Part shown: positions 32,888 through 43,327 of the stretch, in pieces
Position numbering within the stretch: position 1 is the first letter of the stretch
Layout of the letters: every line of letters begins with the position of its first letter
Source: an uncultured Actinomycetota bacterium
GTDB lineage: Bacteria > Actinomycetota > Actinomycetes > JAFAQI01
Length of the DNA stretch: 64,000 nt
Direction: 5' to 3'
NCBI GenBank assembly: GCA_963770565.1
Contig: CAVYQE010000001.1
Location: forward strand, 96,001 to 160,000
The notes under the pieces: model-generated
Told to the model about the DNA's origin: nothing
What the model saw: only the letters and a program-made list of their open reading frames with translations
Database searches by the model: none
Made by a program: the position numbers and the translations under genes

Positions 32888-34225
32888 CTAGCGCTTCGGG
32901 CTAGTGGGGCGATCGACGCCGCCGGAGCAAAAACCAATGAAATCGGCAATCGGACGGAATCCGAAAACGGCGCCATTTTCCGTCGCATGCCAAACCAACC
33001 ACGCCGCAAACATCAAGACGCCGATCGGCTCAAGCGCCTTTGCCGCGGGAAAGACGCCGGATAGCAGCCGCTCCGTTCCGCCGAGGCCGAGGATGTAGGT
33101 CGTGAAATAAGTGAGGCTGATCCAGACTCTGCCGCGCCGGCTTCGAAACGCCGTCAGCACGGCCCAGGCCAGCGCCGGGGCGATGATGTTGTAGGTCAGC
33201 CGCTCGGTGCCGGGGCCGAAGACTAGCTGCCACGCGCTCCAGGCCGCGATCGTGAAGATGACAAGTTGCCGCGCCGTCCAGCCGCGCCGCCGCTGCCACA
33301 GACACCAGCCGAGCGTCGCCAATCCGGCAGCAATCTGCAACAGCAGATACGCCGGCCTATCGACGGGCGTGCGAAACTGCTCCCAGATCGTCCAAGCGTC
33401 GCGATAGCCGGGAAAGCGGAACTCGGTCGCCTGCCGATGCACAAGGCAATCATACCACTGGCCATACGAAGCGATCGCCGCCGTGGCGGGCTTCGTCGCG
33501 AAAGGGACGAGCCCCAATATGGCCAGGCAGACCGCGGCCCGCCCGATCAGCCGCTTCGGCCATTGCACGCAAAACAATGCCAGCGCCACGACCGGCCAGA
33601 TCTTGATATACACCGGAGCGGCCAACAGAGCCGCCGCCCGCCACCAGCGGCCGCGCACGATCGCCGCCGCCGCGAAGAGCACCAGCGCGATGAGAATCGC
33701 ATTGCTCTGGCCCGACCAGACGCTCCGCACGGTGCCCAGCATCACAAGCAAATGAAACCAGCCTTCGACTTCCTGCGGGAGCAAAGGAGCAAGGGGCGAG
33801 GGGTGAGGGGCGAGAGTCGCGCGGACGGAACTCGTTTCGTCGCGATCGATCTTCCTTCCCTTGGCGATCTCCTCGCCTTGGCGGTTCGATCCGTCGTCGG
33901 TCCCGCCCGCCAGAACGTCGCGAAAGAAGACGCGCAAGCTCCAAACCAAGAGGCCGACGCTCGCGAAATTCCAGAGCACGCCGCCGAACCAATTCGCCCA
34001 GACCGCGAACGGCGTCATCAGGATGGCGAAGGTCGGGCTATAGTAATAGGCCCGCTCGAGGTAAAGCGAATGGCCGTCCCACCAATCGCGGCTGCCGTGG
34101 GAGAAGGCCGTATAGACCGTGTGCAACTCGGGTTCGATGATCGTCTTCACACTCGCCGCGATCGCCAGCGCAATCCAAGCGCTCAATGCGATTCGCAACC
34201 AAGTCGTTCCGCTCCATGATCGCAT
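32888..34225 (-). CDS. Glycosyltransferase family 87 (DUF2029) membrane protein
   Basis: 'YYYSPTFA', 'GQSN', 'IKIWP', many TM helices, 'GPGTE'. Confidence 0.85.
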   Translation of the reverse strand: MRSWSGTTWLRIALSAWIALAIAASVKTIIEPELHTVYTAFSHGSRDWWDGHSLYLERAYYYSPTFAILMTPFAVWANWFGGVLWNFASVGLLVWSLRVFFRDVLAGGTDDGSNRQGEEIAKGRKIDRDETSSVRATLAPHPSPLAPLLPQEVEGWFHLLVMLGTVRSVWSGQSNAILIALVLFAAAAIVRGRWWRAAALLAAPVYIKIWPVVALALFCVQWPKRLIGRAAVCLAILGLVPFATKPATAAIASYGQWYDCLVHRQATEFRFPGYRDAWTIWEQFRTPVDRPAYLLLQIAAGLATLGWCLWQRRRGWTARQLVIFTIAAWSAWQLVFGPGTERLTYNIIAPALAWAVLTAFRSRRGRVWISLTYFTTYILGLGGTERLLSGVFPAAKALEPIGVLMFAAWLVWHATENGAVFGFRPIADFIGFCSGGVDRPTSPKR

Positions 34226-34348
34226 GATTCTCTCGTTGTCGCATGACGGCGTAGGACGGCTCTCCCGAGCCGTCGCGCCGGTCGAACGCGCCACACATTG
34301 TGCCAGCCGCGAATGGCCGGCTCGGGAGAGCCGGCCTACGGTGTTCCG

Positions 34349-36062
34349 CTACCGCCGCACGTCGTCCCGCCTCAGTCCGCCCGCTGCGATGTTGTACAGC
34401 CGGCGGCCGACGATCACCCGTTTGGTCGGATGATCGTGCCGCAGCCGGTCGCAGGGAATCTCGCCGATCTCATGCCAGGCGAAGGGAAACGGCGGCATAT
34501 AGTCGCGGTCCCACGTGAAGCAAAAGTAATCGTGCCCGCCCGCCAGATCGGCTTCCGTCGGCGGCCAATGCCGCGGCTCGATCGGCGCACCGTAATAAAA
34601 GCTGAACAGCGTCTCGGTGAGGCCGAAGCTCGCCAGCTTCACGTGCGGCGGCAGCTTCGCTTTCAATTCCGCCACCGCCGGTCCCGCGTTGGCGCTCGCC
34701 TTGGCCATGCTGCCGATCACGATCCCCACGTGGGTCAGCCCGACAAACGCCGCCAGACTGATGACGAATGCATAGCCGCGCGGCGCCGATTGTTGCGAGC
34801 CGCGCCACAGCATCGTGGCCAACGTCGCCATGGCCAGCCCCAAATACAATGCGGCAAACCACCCCGGCTGCGACAGCTCGGGCATCCGGAATCCTTCGAA
34901 CCAACTGGCCCCCGCCACGGCCAATCCGCCGAAAGCCACCGTTCCCGCCGCGCCGACAACATACATCAGCCAGCCGATCCGCATCGCCCGCGGCGCACCG
35001 GCCGCCAAAGCCCGCTGGATCACCAGCCCGATCAGCGGGGCGAGGCAGGGAAACAGCGGCATGAAATAGCGTTCCTTCGCCCCCGGCACGAGCCAGCAGG
35101 TGGGAAACGCGACGGCCAGACTCACGCCCAGAAACGCCACAAACGGACCCGCCTCGGCGATGCGCCGCCGAAAGCAGCGAAACAGATAGGCCGAGAGCAG
35201 CGGCGACCACGGCAGCACCGAAATCATGATGCCCAGCGGATAGAACAGCAGATGCAAGGCGGTCATCGTCCAACTGGCATCCGCAAACCGCAGCCCCACG
35301 TCGGAGGTCCAAATCGCTCGCACCGATGCCCAATCGGTGGCCAGCCAGAACGGAATTTGCCAGGCGGCGATCACGGCGGCGAAGAGCGCGATCCCCGCCA
35401 GATGCGACCAACTGAAGAGGCTTCGCCAATCGCGCCGAATCGCCAGATAGAGCACGACCGCCCCGACGAAGTAGGCCGGGGCTTGCGGGCCTTTGGTGAG
35501 CGCTCCCAACGCGGCCAGCAGATAGCCGGCCAACCAGGGCCAAGGGCCGCCGCCAATTTGCCCGATAGCCCCAGTGCCAAATCAAGAGCGAGCCGCTGAC
35601 GAACAGTGTGAAGAGCGCATCGGTCTCGGCCAATCGGCCAAGTTGCAGCACCATTCCCCCGGTGGCGAACGCCAGCCCGGCGGCCAAGGCCCCCAGCCGC
35701 GAGAGAAACTGCCGGCTATAGCCATAGATGAGCAGCGTAGTGAGCCAAACCGCCAGCACGCTCGGCAGCCGCACAGCCAGCAGCGACCCGGCGCCCAGCA
35801 ACATTTCCAACAGCGCGATGGGATAGCTACCTAGCGGGGGCCGGCTGAGAAACGGCTCCCCTTGTTGCCGGGGCACGATCCAATCTCCCGTGCCGAGCAT
35901 TTCGGTCGCCACCTCGGCCCGCCGCGTCTCCTCGCCGCGGATGGGGAGCGTCGTGAGCCGCGTGCCATAGATGGCGGCCGTCAGCAGCGCCAAAACGAGC
36001 AACTCCCATTCCCGCAAATAGCGGAAGCGACCCGGTTTTCCAGCCATGGGTTGCGAATCCAT
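34349..36062 (-). CDS. ArnT/PMT-like (GT-C) glycosyltransferase (frameshift)
   Basis: 'EETRRAEVATEML.TGDWIVP', 'RPPLG', 'RLPSV', 'AETD', 'LTKGP', 'RYFMP.FP'. Confidence 0.88.
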
Positions 36063-36381
36063 CGTCAACGGCTCTCCCCATCGGGCAAATTTCAGACGCC
36101 GCGAATTCGACGTTTTGCTCGGCCGGCAATAAAAACGGCTCGATCGAACGAAAAACGTGGCGGACTATCGCAGAAAGCCCGGATTCACGCAAGAGTGCCG
36201 CGATTCGAAAAAAGTCGGCATCTGGGAAGCGCGCCGGTTCGTGTTGGGTCATGCTGTCGCAGGGCACGAAGCTGTTCCGGTTTTCGCCGAAAAGTGCTTG
36301 TAGTTCTCGTTGGGACGCCGTCAAATAAACTGGTGCGTGGATCGACTCGATTTGTTTTGCATTATCAAAGGAAAGGCGACG

Positions 36382-37608
36382 ATGCGAACTCGTTATCCGA
36401 TCGTTGGCGATGCGCGGCGGGCGGAGCATTCGACGGCGGTCCCCTTGTGCTTGGTGGCGGCTGCCCTGTTGAGCCTGATCGTCGCGAGTTCGGCGTCGGC
36501 CGCGGACGGGCCGCCGGCAAAACCCAGCGGCCCGATTTTCACAAAGACTCCAGGCGTTTCTCCCGCCGAGAAGCAGCGCGAGAAAGCGATCGCCGCCGCC
36601 CTCGCTTGGCTGCGCCGTCATCAGTCGCAAGCCGGCAATTGGAGCTTCAAGGAATACCAAAAGCAGTGCAAAGACAAGACATGCACCGGACCGGGAAGCC
36701 AGGAATCGCTCTCGGCGGCGACGGCCCTGGGCATCCTGCCGTTTCTCGCCGCCGGTCAGTCGCATTTGCATCCCGGCCCCTACCAACGCACCGTCATGAC
36801 GGGAATCTACTGGCTCATACTTCATCAGAAGCCCGACGGCGATCTCTCGGCCGGGGCCGACCAGCAGATGTATTCCCATGGCCTGGCGGCGATCGCGCTG
36901 TGCGACGATTACGAGGCCACCCACGACAAAGCGGTCGGCAAAGCGGCCCAACAGGCGATCAACTTCATCGAAGCCGCCCAAAACGCCAAGACCGGCGGCT
37001 GGCGATATCATCCGGGCGATGAAGGAGACACGTCGGTCCTCGGTTTTCAACTGACGGCGCTCGAAAGCGGCCGACTCGCCGGTCTGAAGGTCAAACCGGC
37101 CACGTTCGCCGGCGCCCGCAAGTTTCTCGCATCGACCGCCAAGCTGGGAGCCGACGGCAAACAGAACGGCACGTTTGCCTACCAGCCGGAGGACGCCGCC
37201 ACCCCGACGATGTCGGCGGTCGGCATCCTTTGCGAGCAATACCTCAAGGCCGACCGCTCCGGCCCGCTGATCGTCGGCGGCGAGAAGTATCTCATGGCCC
37301 ATCAGCCCGACCCGAACGATCGCAACATTTATTACTGGATTTACGCCACCCAGGCGATGCACAACATGGCCGACCAGGATTGGGTCGCTTGGAACTCCAA
37401 GATGAGCAAAATTCTGATCGACACCCAAGCCCATCAAGGCTGCGCCGCGGGAAGCTGGTCGCCCGATCTACCCCTCCGCGACGCCTGGGGCCCGGTCGGC
37501 GGCCGTGTGATGATCACCAGCCTCTCCTGCCTGACGCTCGAAGTCTATTATCGCTATCTGCCGACTTTCAAACTGGATAAGCCGGCCGCACGGAAAGAGA
37601 AAAAATGA
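36382..37608 (+). CDS. Secreted prenyltransferase/squalene-oxidase-repeat protein, paralogue 1
   Basis: Signal peptide; QW-like repeats 'WLRRHQSQAGNW', 'HQKPDGD', 'Q...GGWRY'; 'MYSHGLA'; 'YYWIYATQ'; 'LEVYYRY'. Confidence 0.85.
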   Translation: MRTRYPIVGDARRAEHSTAVPLCLVAAALLSLIVASSASAADGPPAKPSGPIFTKTPGVSPAEKQREKAIAAALAWLRRHQSQAGNWSFKEYQKQCKDKTCTGPGSQESLSAATALGILPFLAAGQSHLHPGPYQRTVMTGIYWLILHQKPDGDLSAGADQQMYSHGLAAIALCDDYEATHDKAVGKAAQQAINFIEAAQNAKTGGWRYHPGDEGDTSVLGFQLTALESGRLAGLKVKPATFAGARKFLASTAKLGADGKQNGTFAYQPEDAATPTMSAVGILCEQYLKADRSGPLIVGGEKYLMAHQPDPNDRNIYYWIYATQAMHNMADQDWVAWNSKMSKILIDTQAHQGCAAGSWSPDLPLRDAWGPVGGRVMITSLSCLTLEVYYRYLPTFKLDKPAARKEKK

Positions 37609-38783
37609 TCGCATCCATGAGGTCATCGCGCAGTGAACGGGCGGGCGTCGGACTCGGCCGGGCGCTGGCTTTCCTGTTGGCATACGCCGCGGCGATTCCC
37701 CTGTTCGCCGCCGATAAACCGGCGAACAAGTCGGTCGAGATGCTCAAGCGAAAGCCCGAGAAATACGCCGTGGCTGCCAGCCTGTATTGGTTCGCACGCC
37801 ATCAAGCCGAGCAGGGGAATTGGAGCCTGCGCGATTACACGAAGCAGTGCAAAGACAAAACCTGCACCGGCACGGCGAAGCAAGAATCGCTCTCGGCCGC
37901 CACAGCGCTGGGGCTGCTCCCCTTCCTGGCCGCCGGACAAACACAAGCCAATGACGGGCCGTTTAAGAAAACAGTCAAGGGGAGCGTCGATTGGCTCGTG
38001 AGCCATCAGGCCGCTTCGGGAGACCTCTCGGCGGGCGCGCCGCAGCAAATGTATTCACACGGCCTGGCGACGTTCGCGCTGTCCGAAGACTTTGGGATGA
38101 CGCACGACAAAACAGTCGGCGCCGCGGCGCAAAAGGCAATCGACTTCATCGAGAACTCCCAAAACGCGAGGACCGGCGGTTGGCGCGATCATCCAGGCGC
38201 GAAAGGGGATACGTTGGTCCTTGGGTGGCAAATCGCCGCACTCAAAAGCGGCCAGATGTCGGATCTGCAAGTCAAACCGGAAGTTTTCCAAGGGGCCAAG
38301 AGGTTTCTCGCCACGGTCGCCAAACACTCGCCGGATGGCAAGCCGAACGGACAGTTTAGTTATCATCCTGGCGGTGACGCGAACGCCGCGATGTCGGCCA
38401 TCGGCCTTCTGGCAAATCAATACCTGCATACCAAGCAAACAGATCCTTCGATGATCGCCGGAAAGGCGTACCTGATATCCCACCTGCCCGACGAGCATTC
38501 CCGAAAAATCTATTGTTGGTATTACGCGACACAGTTCATGCACAATCTGCGCGACAAAGACTGGGACATTTGGAATCGAAAAATGCGGAAGGCGCTCTTC
38601 GACAGCCAAATCCGCGAAGGCTGCGCCGCGGGGAGTTGGGATCCCGAAAAGCCGTCCACCGATGCTTGGGGCGCGGCTGGCGGACGGCTGACGGTCACGA
38701 GTCTCTCCTGTTTGACATTGGAGGTTTACTACTATCGCGGATTCAGCGGACTGCCGCTGTACAAACTCGACAAGACTCCCTAG
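37605..38783 (+). CDS. Secreted prenyltransferase/squalene-oxidase-repeat protein, paralogue 2
   Basis: ATGA overlap with paralogue 1; same motif series. Confidence 0.85.
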   Translation: MIASMRSSRSERAGVGLGRALAFLLAYAAAIPLFAADKPANKSVEMLKRKPEKYAVAASLYWFARHQAEQGNWSLRDYTKQCKDKTCTGTAKQESLSAATALGLLPFLAAGQTQANDGPFKKTVKGSVDWLVSHQAASGDLSAGAPQQMYSHGLATFALSEDFGMTHDKTVGAAAQKAIDFIENSQNARTGGWRDHPGAKGDTLVLGWQIAALKSGQMSDLQVKPEVFQGAKRFLATVAKHSPDGKPNGQFSYHPGGDANAAMSAIGLLANQYLHTKQTDPSMIAGKAYLISHLPDEHSRKIYCWYYATQFMHNLRDKDWDIWNRKMRKALFDSQIREGCAAGSWDPEKPSTDAWGAAGGRLTVTSLSCLTLEVYYYRGFSGLPLYKLDKTP

Positions 38784-39087
38784 GTGTCTGTCGAAGAACA
38801 GGCCGCGGCAAGGGGATGCTCGCCGCGAAAGGGGTCGGGAGTCGATTTCGCCCGTTGAACGATCCGTAGTGCGAACCGGCGCCATGGCGAAATCGACTCC
38901 CGACCCCCTTTTGGCAACGCCCGCCGGAAGCTCTGCCGGTTCTCGGACAGGCTCCTATGAGCCTGTCGGAGAATCGGCCAGATCGAGCTAAGGTGACGTT
39001 GAAGGGGGTCGGGAGTCGATTTCGCCGGATGAACGATTGGCAGTTCGAACCGAAGTCCTGGCGAAATCGACTCCCGACCCCTTTGGC
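38783..39087. mobile_element. Two adjacent GAGCCTGTC-family MITEs between paralogues 2 and 3
   Basis: First copy 38783-38955 begins at the TAG stop; second starts GAGCCTGTCGGAGAA at 38959; both contain the GTCGGGAGTCGATTTCGCC palindrome. Confidence 0.8.
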
Positions 39088-39134
39088 GATGGCGGTCCGC
39101 ATATCTCTCACAAGCCCGTCCGAGGACTTTTTCC

Positions 39135-40347
39135 ATGTTGAACACGACGGTGGCCGGCGGACTCTGTTTGCGAATTGCCATGCTCGGCGGAGTATTGCTT
39201 GTCGCGACGGCGGCCCAACCCGCTGCCGACGATCCCTTCCGCCGGTTCGTGGCGAATCCCTTTCCCGAGGGCGCCGGCTCTCACCGCGCGCAACTGCAAG
39301 CCGATGGCGGCAGCAAGGGAACGGAGCGGGCCGTGATCCTGGCGCTCGATTGGTTCGCACGCCATCAAGATGCCGACGGAAGCTGGAGCCTGCAAAAATT
39401 CACGCGCCACTGCACCGACAAAACATGCACCGCGCGGCCGGGGAAGAGTCGCGCTCCGCGGCGACGGCCCTCTCGACCTTGCCGTTTCTGGCGATCGGCC
39501 AAACGGCCTCCGCCCGCGGACCCTATCGGCGCTGGTCAAGTCGGCAATCGCATGGCTCGCCAAGCATCAAGCGCCTAGCGGAGATCTTTCGGCGGGAGCC
39601 GCGCAGCAGATGTATTCGCACGCCTTGGCCACGATCGTCCTCTCCAATGCGTTTGCGATGGCCCACGACAAGCCACTCGGCGACGCCGCGCAAAAGGCGC
39701 TCGACTTCATCGAGCAGTCGCAGGATTTGCGAACCGGCGGCTGGAACAATCGAGCGCACACGAGCGGCGGAACGACGATCGTGGGTTGGAACATGCTGGC
39801 CCTCGAGAGCGGGCAACTCGCCGGCTTGCAGGTCAAGCCGGCCACGCTCGACAATGTGAAAAAGTACCTCGCCTCGGTTGCCGTTCCGCAGCCCGACGGC
39901 CGGCCGACCGGTAGATATTTCTATCGCCCCGACACCCACGCTACGCCGACCATGACGGCGATCGGTCTCGTGTGCAACCAGAATCTGGGCCTTGCCCATT
40001 CCGATCCGTTGATTGCCGGCGGGGTGAACGACGTGTTGCGGAATCTGCCCGAATACGACATCCGCGACGTCCACTATTGGTTCTTCGCAACCGAAGCGAT
40101 GCATCGGATGAACGACAGCGATTGGGCGCGGTGGAACCACCAAATGCGGAAGGTTCTCGTGCTGTCGCAAATGCGCGAGGGCTGCTGCGCAGGAAGCTGG
40201 GATCCCAACAAGCCGGTGCGCGACGTGAACGCCGCTGTCGGCGGCCGGCTGACCATGACCAGCCTGGCCTGCCTGACGCTCGAAGTCTATTACCGCTATT
40301 TGCCGATCTTCCAGGCCGGCAAACCGCCGGCGGCCGAGAAAAAGTAA
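39135..40347 (+). CDS. Secreted prenyltransferase/squalene-oxidase-repeat protein, paralogue 3 (frameshifted)
   Basis: 'WFARHQDADGSW', 'CTDKTC', 'MYSHALA', 'GSWDP', 'LEVYYRY'. Confidence 0.8.
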
Positions 40348-40689
40348 GGCCCGACTTCTCCGGCAGAGCGATCGGCAGGTCGATGCCGGCGAGACGGCTC
40401 GATTGCCTGTGAGAAGCGGGCCACTCGGCAAAAGCCGCGGAATGAAAGACAAAAATACAGGAAGGAAGAATGTTCATTTTCATTTTTTGCCCCTCGGTTT
40501 TTTTACAATAAACGGACTTCCGCCGATCGCAATCCCTCGCCAGGTACGCCGGCCGAGCCCGGCGATTGCGGCCGACTCGAAAACCGGGCCGGGAATCGGG
40601 CGGGGACTCCCCGAATCGCACGCGGCTATTTAGAATGGCGGGCTGCCGTAAACTGCCCTGCCACTCCAATTCAGGAGCGCGATTGCGCC

Positions 40690-41661
40690 ATGGAAGAGAT
40701 CGAAGTCCCCACCGAGCATCTGCACGAAGCGATCCATCACGAGGCCCATCATTCGCAAGAGACTTGGATCACCTGGGTGGCGTTGAGCACCGCGCTGCTG
40801 GCGGCCTTGGCCGCGGTGACCGCGCTGCTGAGCGGAGAGAACGCCAACGAGGCGGTGATCGAGCACGTCACGGCGTCGGATTTCTGGGGCGAATTCCAGG
40901 CCAACGGCATCAAGCTCGCCGTGATGCAAGGCAATGTCGATCAGCTCCAGTCGGACAACAAGCCCGTTCCGGCAGCCTACGTGAAGAAAATCGAAAAATA
41001 TCAATCGGAAAAGAATCGCACGAGAACCTCAGCCACGAAATTCGATCATTCGTACCGAGAGCGTTTCGATCGTCACGAAACGCTGGCCATGGGCGTCACC
41101 ATGTTTCAAATCGCCATTGCCATCGCGGCGATCTCCGTGCTGACCAAGCGCAGGTGGTTCTGGCACCTCGGGCTGGGCTCGGGCGCCATCGGTGTGCTGT
41201 GTCTGATTGCGGCCTATGTCTTGCCGATGGGCGAGACAGCCGAGGGAGCGAAACCCGAAAAGACCGAGCACAAAGAAAAGACCAAAGCCGATCACGGCGC
41301 GAAGAAGCCGCCGATCGAAAAAAAACCGAAACCGCCCCAAGGCGAGTCGAGCGCCGACTTCCTCGCGCCCGGCTCGGATTGGTTGGCGGCAGACTTCTTC
41401 TCGACTTACCTGGGGTCATTCGCTCCCACCGGTTCGGACGATCGGTCCGAGTTGTCCCGCTATTGTTCCATCCGCGCTCCGCGGCGCCGCCCAGCGTCGG
41501 TTAGCCGGCTCGCTTGCGAGCCGCCGTCCGAGAAAGGGAAGCGATTCGACTCCGGCGGACCCAGCCGACAAGGCCGAGGAATGAAAGGCAAAAGAGTGGG
41601 GTGCGAAAACAGGCTGACAGAATATCGAGCTTCATTTTTTGCCCCTCGTTTTTTGCCCTAA
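40690..41661 (+). CDS. DUF4337 domain membrane protein (3' end uncertain)
   Basis: 'VALSTALLAALAAV', 'ASDFWGEFQA..IK', 'FQIAIAIAAIS'; the true stop may be earlier because a poly-A run near 41317-41325 is error-prone. Confidence 0.7.
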   Translation: MEEIEVPTEHLHEAIHHEAHHSQETWITWVALSTALLAALAAVTALLSGENANEAVIEHVTASDFWGEFQANGIKLAVMQGNVDQLQSDNKPVPAAYVKKIEKYQSEKNRTRTSATKFDHSYRERFDRHETLAMGVTMFQIAIAIAAISVLTKRRWFWHLGLGSGAIGVLCLIAAYVLPMGETAEGAKPEKTEHKEKTKADHGAKKPPIEKKPKPPQGESSADFLAPGSDWLAADFFSTYLGSFAPTGSDDRSELSRYCSIRAPRRRPASVSRLACEPPSEKGKRFDSGGPSRQGRGMKGKRVGCENRLTEYRASFFAPRFLP

Positions 41662-41899
41662 AAGTGAATTCCGGCGGGCGTGATCCAGCCACACTAGCCC
41701 AAAGCGCTAGCGAGGGAGCGCGGCGCTAGCGAGGGAGTCGAGGACTTGCGGGTTATCGGCGCGACCGGCCCTTCCCTCGCTAGCGCTTCGGGCTAGTGTG
41801 GCGATTGCCTGCCGGCGGAACAAAAACTTCCGAAATCGGCAATCGCGCGGCCGGAACGCCAGGCGTTTCTTCCCAATCCCACCTTCACCCCCGTCCGAC

Positions 41900-42914
41900 A
41901 TGACCACCAAGACCGCTGCCATCGTCCCCCTTTCCCAGCTTGCCTCGGGCCAGGAGGCCGATCTCTTCCTGCTGCTCACGGCCAAGGAGGAATCGACCAC
42001 CCGCGACGGCAAGCCGTATTTCAAGGTCGCATTTCGCGATCATGCCCGCGAGGTCAGCTTTCCGATCTGGAACGACTCGACCTGGGCCGACGAGTGCCGC
42101 GAAAACTGGCGCCCCGGCGATTTCTACAAGCTGCGGGCCGTGTATCGCGAGACGAACTACGGCCCGCAACTCGACATCCGCAAGATTCGCGCAGACGATC
42201 GACGCCGACGCGGCCGACGGCTTCGATCCGCTGATGTGCCTGCCGCAAACGCGGTTCGATCCGGCGGCGATGTTCGACGAACTGCGCGGCGATCGCCCGC
42301 GAGCGAATCGCCGACGCCAAGCTCTGCGAGCTTGGTGATCGACATATCTGGCGGCCCAACCGCGAGCCGCTGCTGCCGCTGCCCGCGGCGACGCGCAATC
42401 ATCATGCTTTCGTCGGCGGCTAGCTGGAGCACGTGCTGAGCGTCACCCGGACCTGCGTCCTTCTGGCCGACAAGTACGACGATTATTATCCCGATCTCAA
42501 GCCGCGGCTCGACAAGGGGCTGGTCGTGGCCGGGGGCATCCTGCACGACATCGGCAAGCTCCGCGAGATTCGCCAAGAGCCGCAAGGGGCCGTCTACACC
42601 GCCGAGGGAACGCTGATCGGCCACATGCTGGAAGGACGCGACATGGTCCGCGAGGCGGCCGCGGGGCGGCGGCATTCGCCGCCGAGACGATGCTGCGGCT
42701 GGAGCACATCATCATCTCGCATCAGCGGCTGCCCGAATGGGGCTCGCCCAAGCCGCCGATGACGCCCGAAGCCCTGATCGTCCACTACGCCGACGATCTC
42801 GACGCCAAGTATCAGATGATGTACATGGCGCTCCGCGACGACACGACTCCCGGCCCGCTGACGTCGAAGAAGAACACGCTATATCAGCAAGTGTATCGAG
42901 GGGGAGAGGAGTGA
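41900..42914 (+). CDS. OB-fold plus HD domain 3'-5' exoribonuclease (YhaM/Cbf1-like; frameshifted)
   Basis: N-terminal 'TRDGKPYF' OB fold, 'NHHAFVG', 'LHDIGK', 'LIGH', 'ISHQ', 'P.TPEA.IVHYADDLDAK'. Confidence 0.85.
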
Positions 42915-42995
42915 CGCGTGGCGCGCCACCGGCAAGCGGAGTCTGCCGTTGCTGTCCTACTCCTACTCGTAATCGTCATCCTAATCCCATTCCTA

Positions 42996-43167
42996 GGAGG
43001 CTGTCCAAGAACCGGTCGCGGCGAGGGGATGCTTGCCGCGAAAGGGGTCGGGAGTCGATTTCGCCCACTGAACGACCCGTAGTGCCAACCGGGATCATGG
43101 CGAAATTGACTCCCGACCCCCTTTGGCAACGCCCGCCGGAGAATATGCCGGTTCTCGGACAGGCTCC
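42996..43167. mobile_element. GAGCCTGTC-family MITE with TA flanks
   Basis: CTA|GGAGGCTGTCCAAGAACCGG ... CCGGTTCTCGGACAGGCTCC|TA, inserted into a CT(C/A)(G/A)TAATC hexamer-like tract. Confidence 0.85.
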
Positions 43168-43327
43168 TAATCGTAATCGACTCCAGCCTCGCCGCCGGCC
43201 CTTCCGTCGAGAAGGATGAGGAGCAGGATTGGGAATCTATGTCGAGCCGCGGCGAGTGTGGCGCCGGCAAGTGCGGTTCCTCACGGCGGAGCGTGAGGAG
43301 TACAGAGACGTTCGGCAGCGGGCTTCG

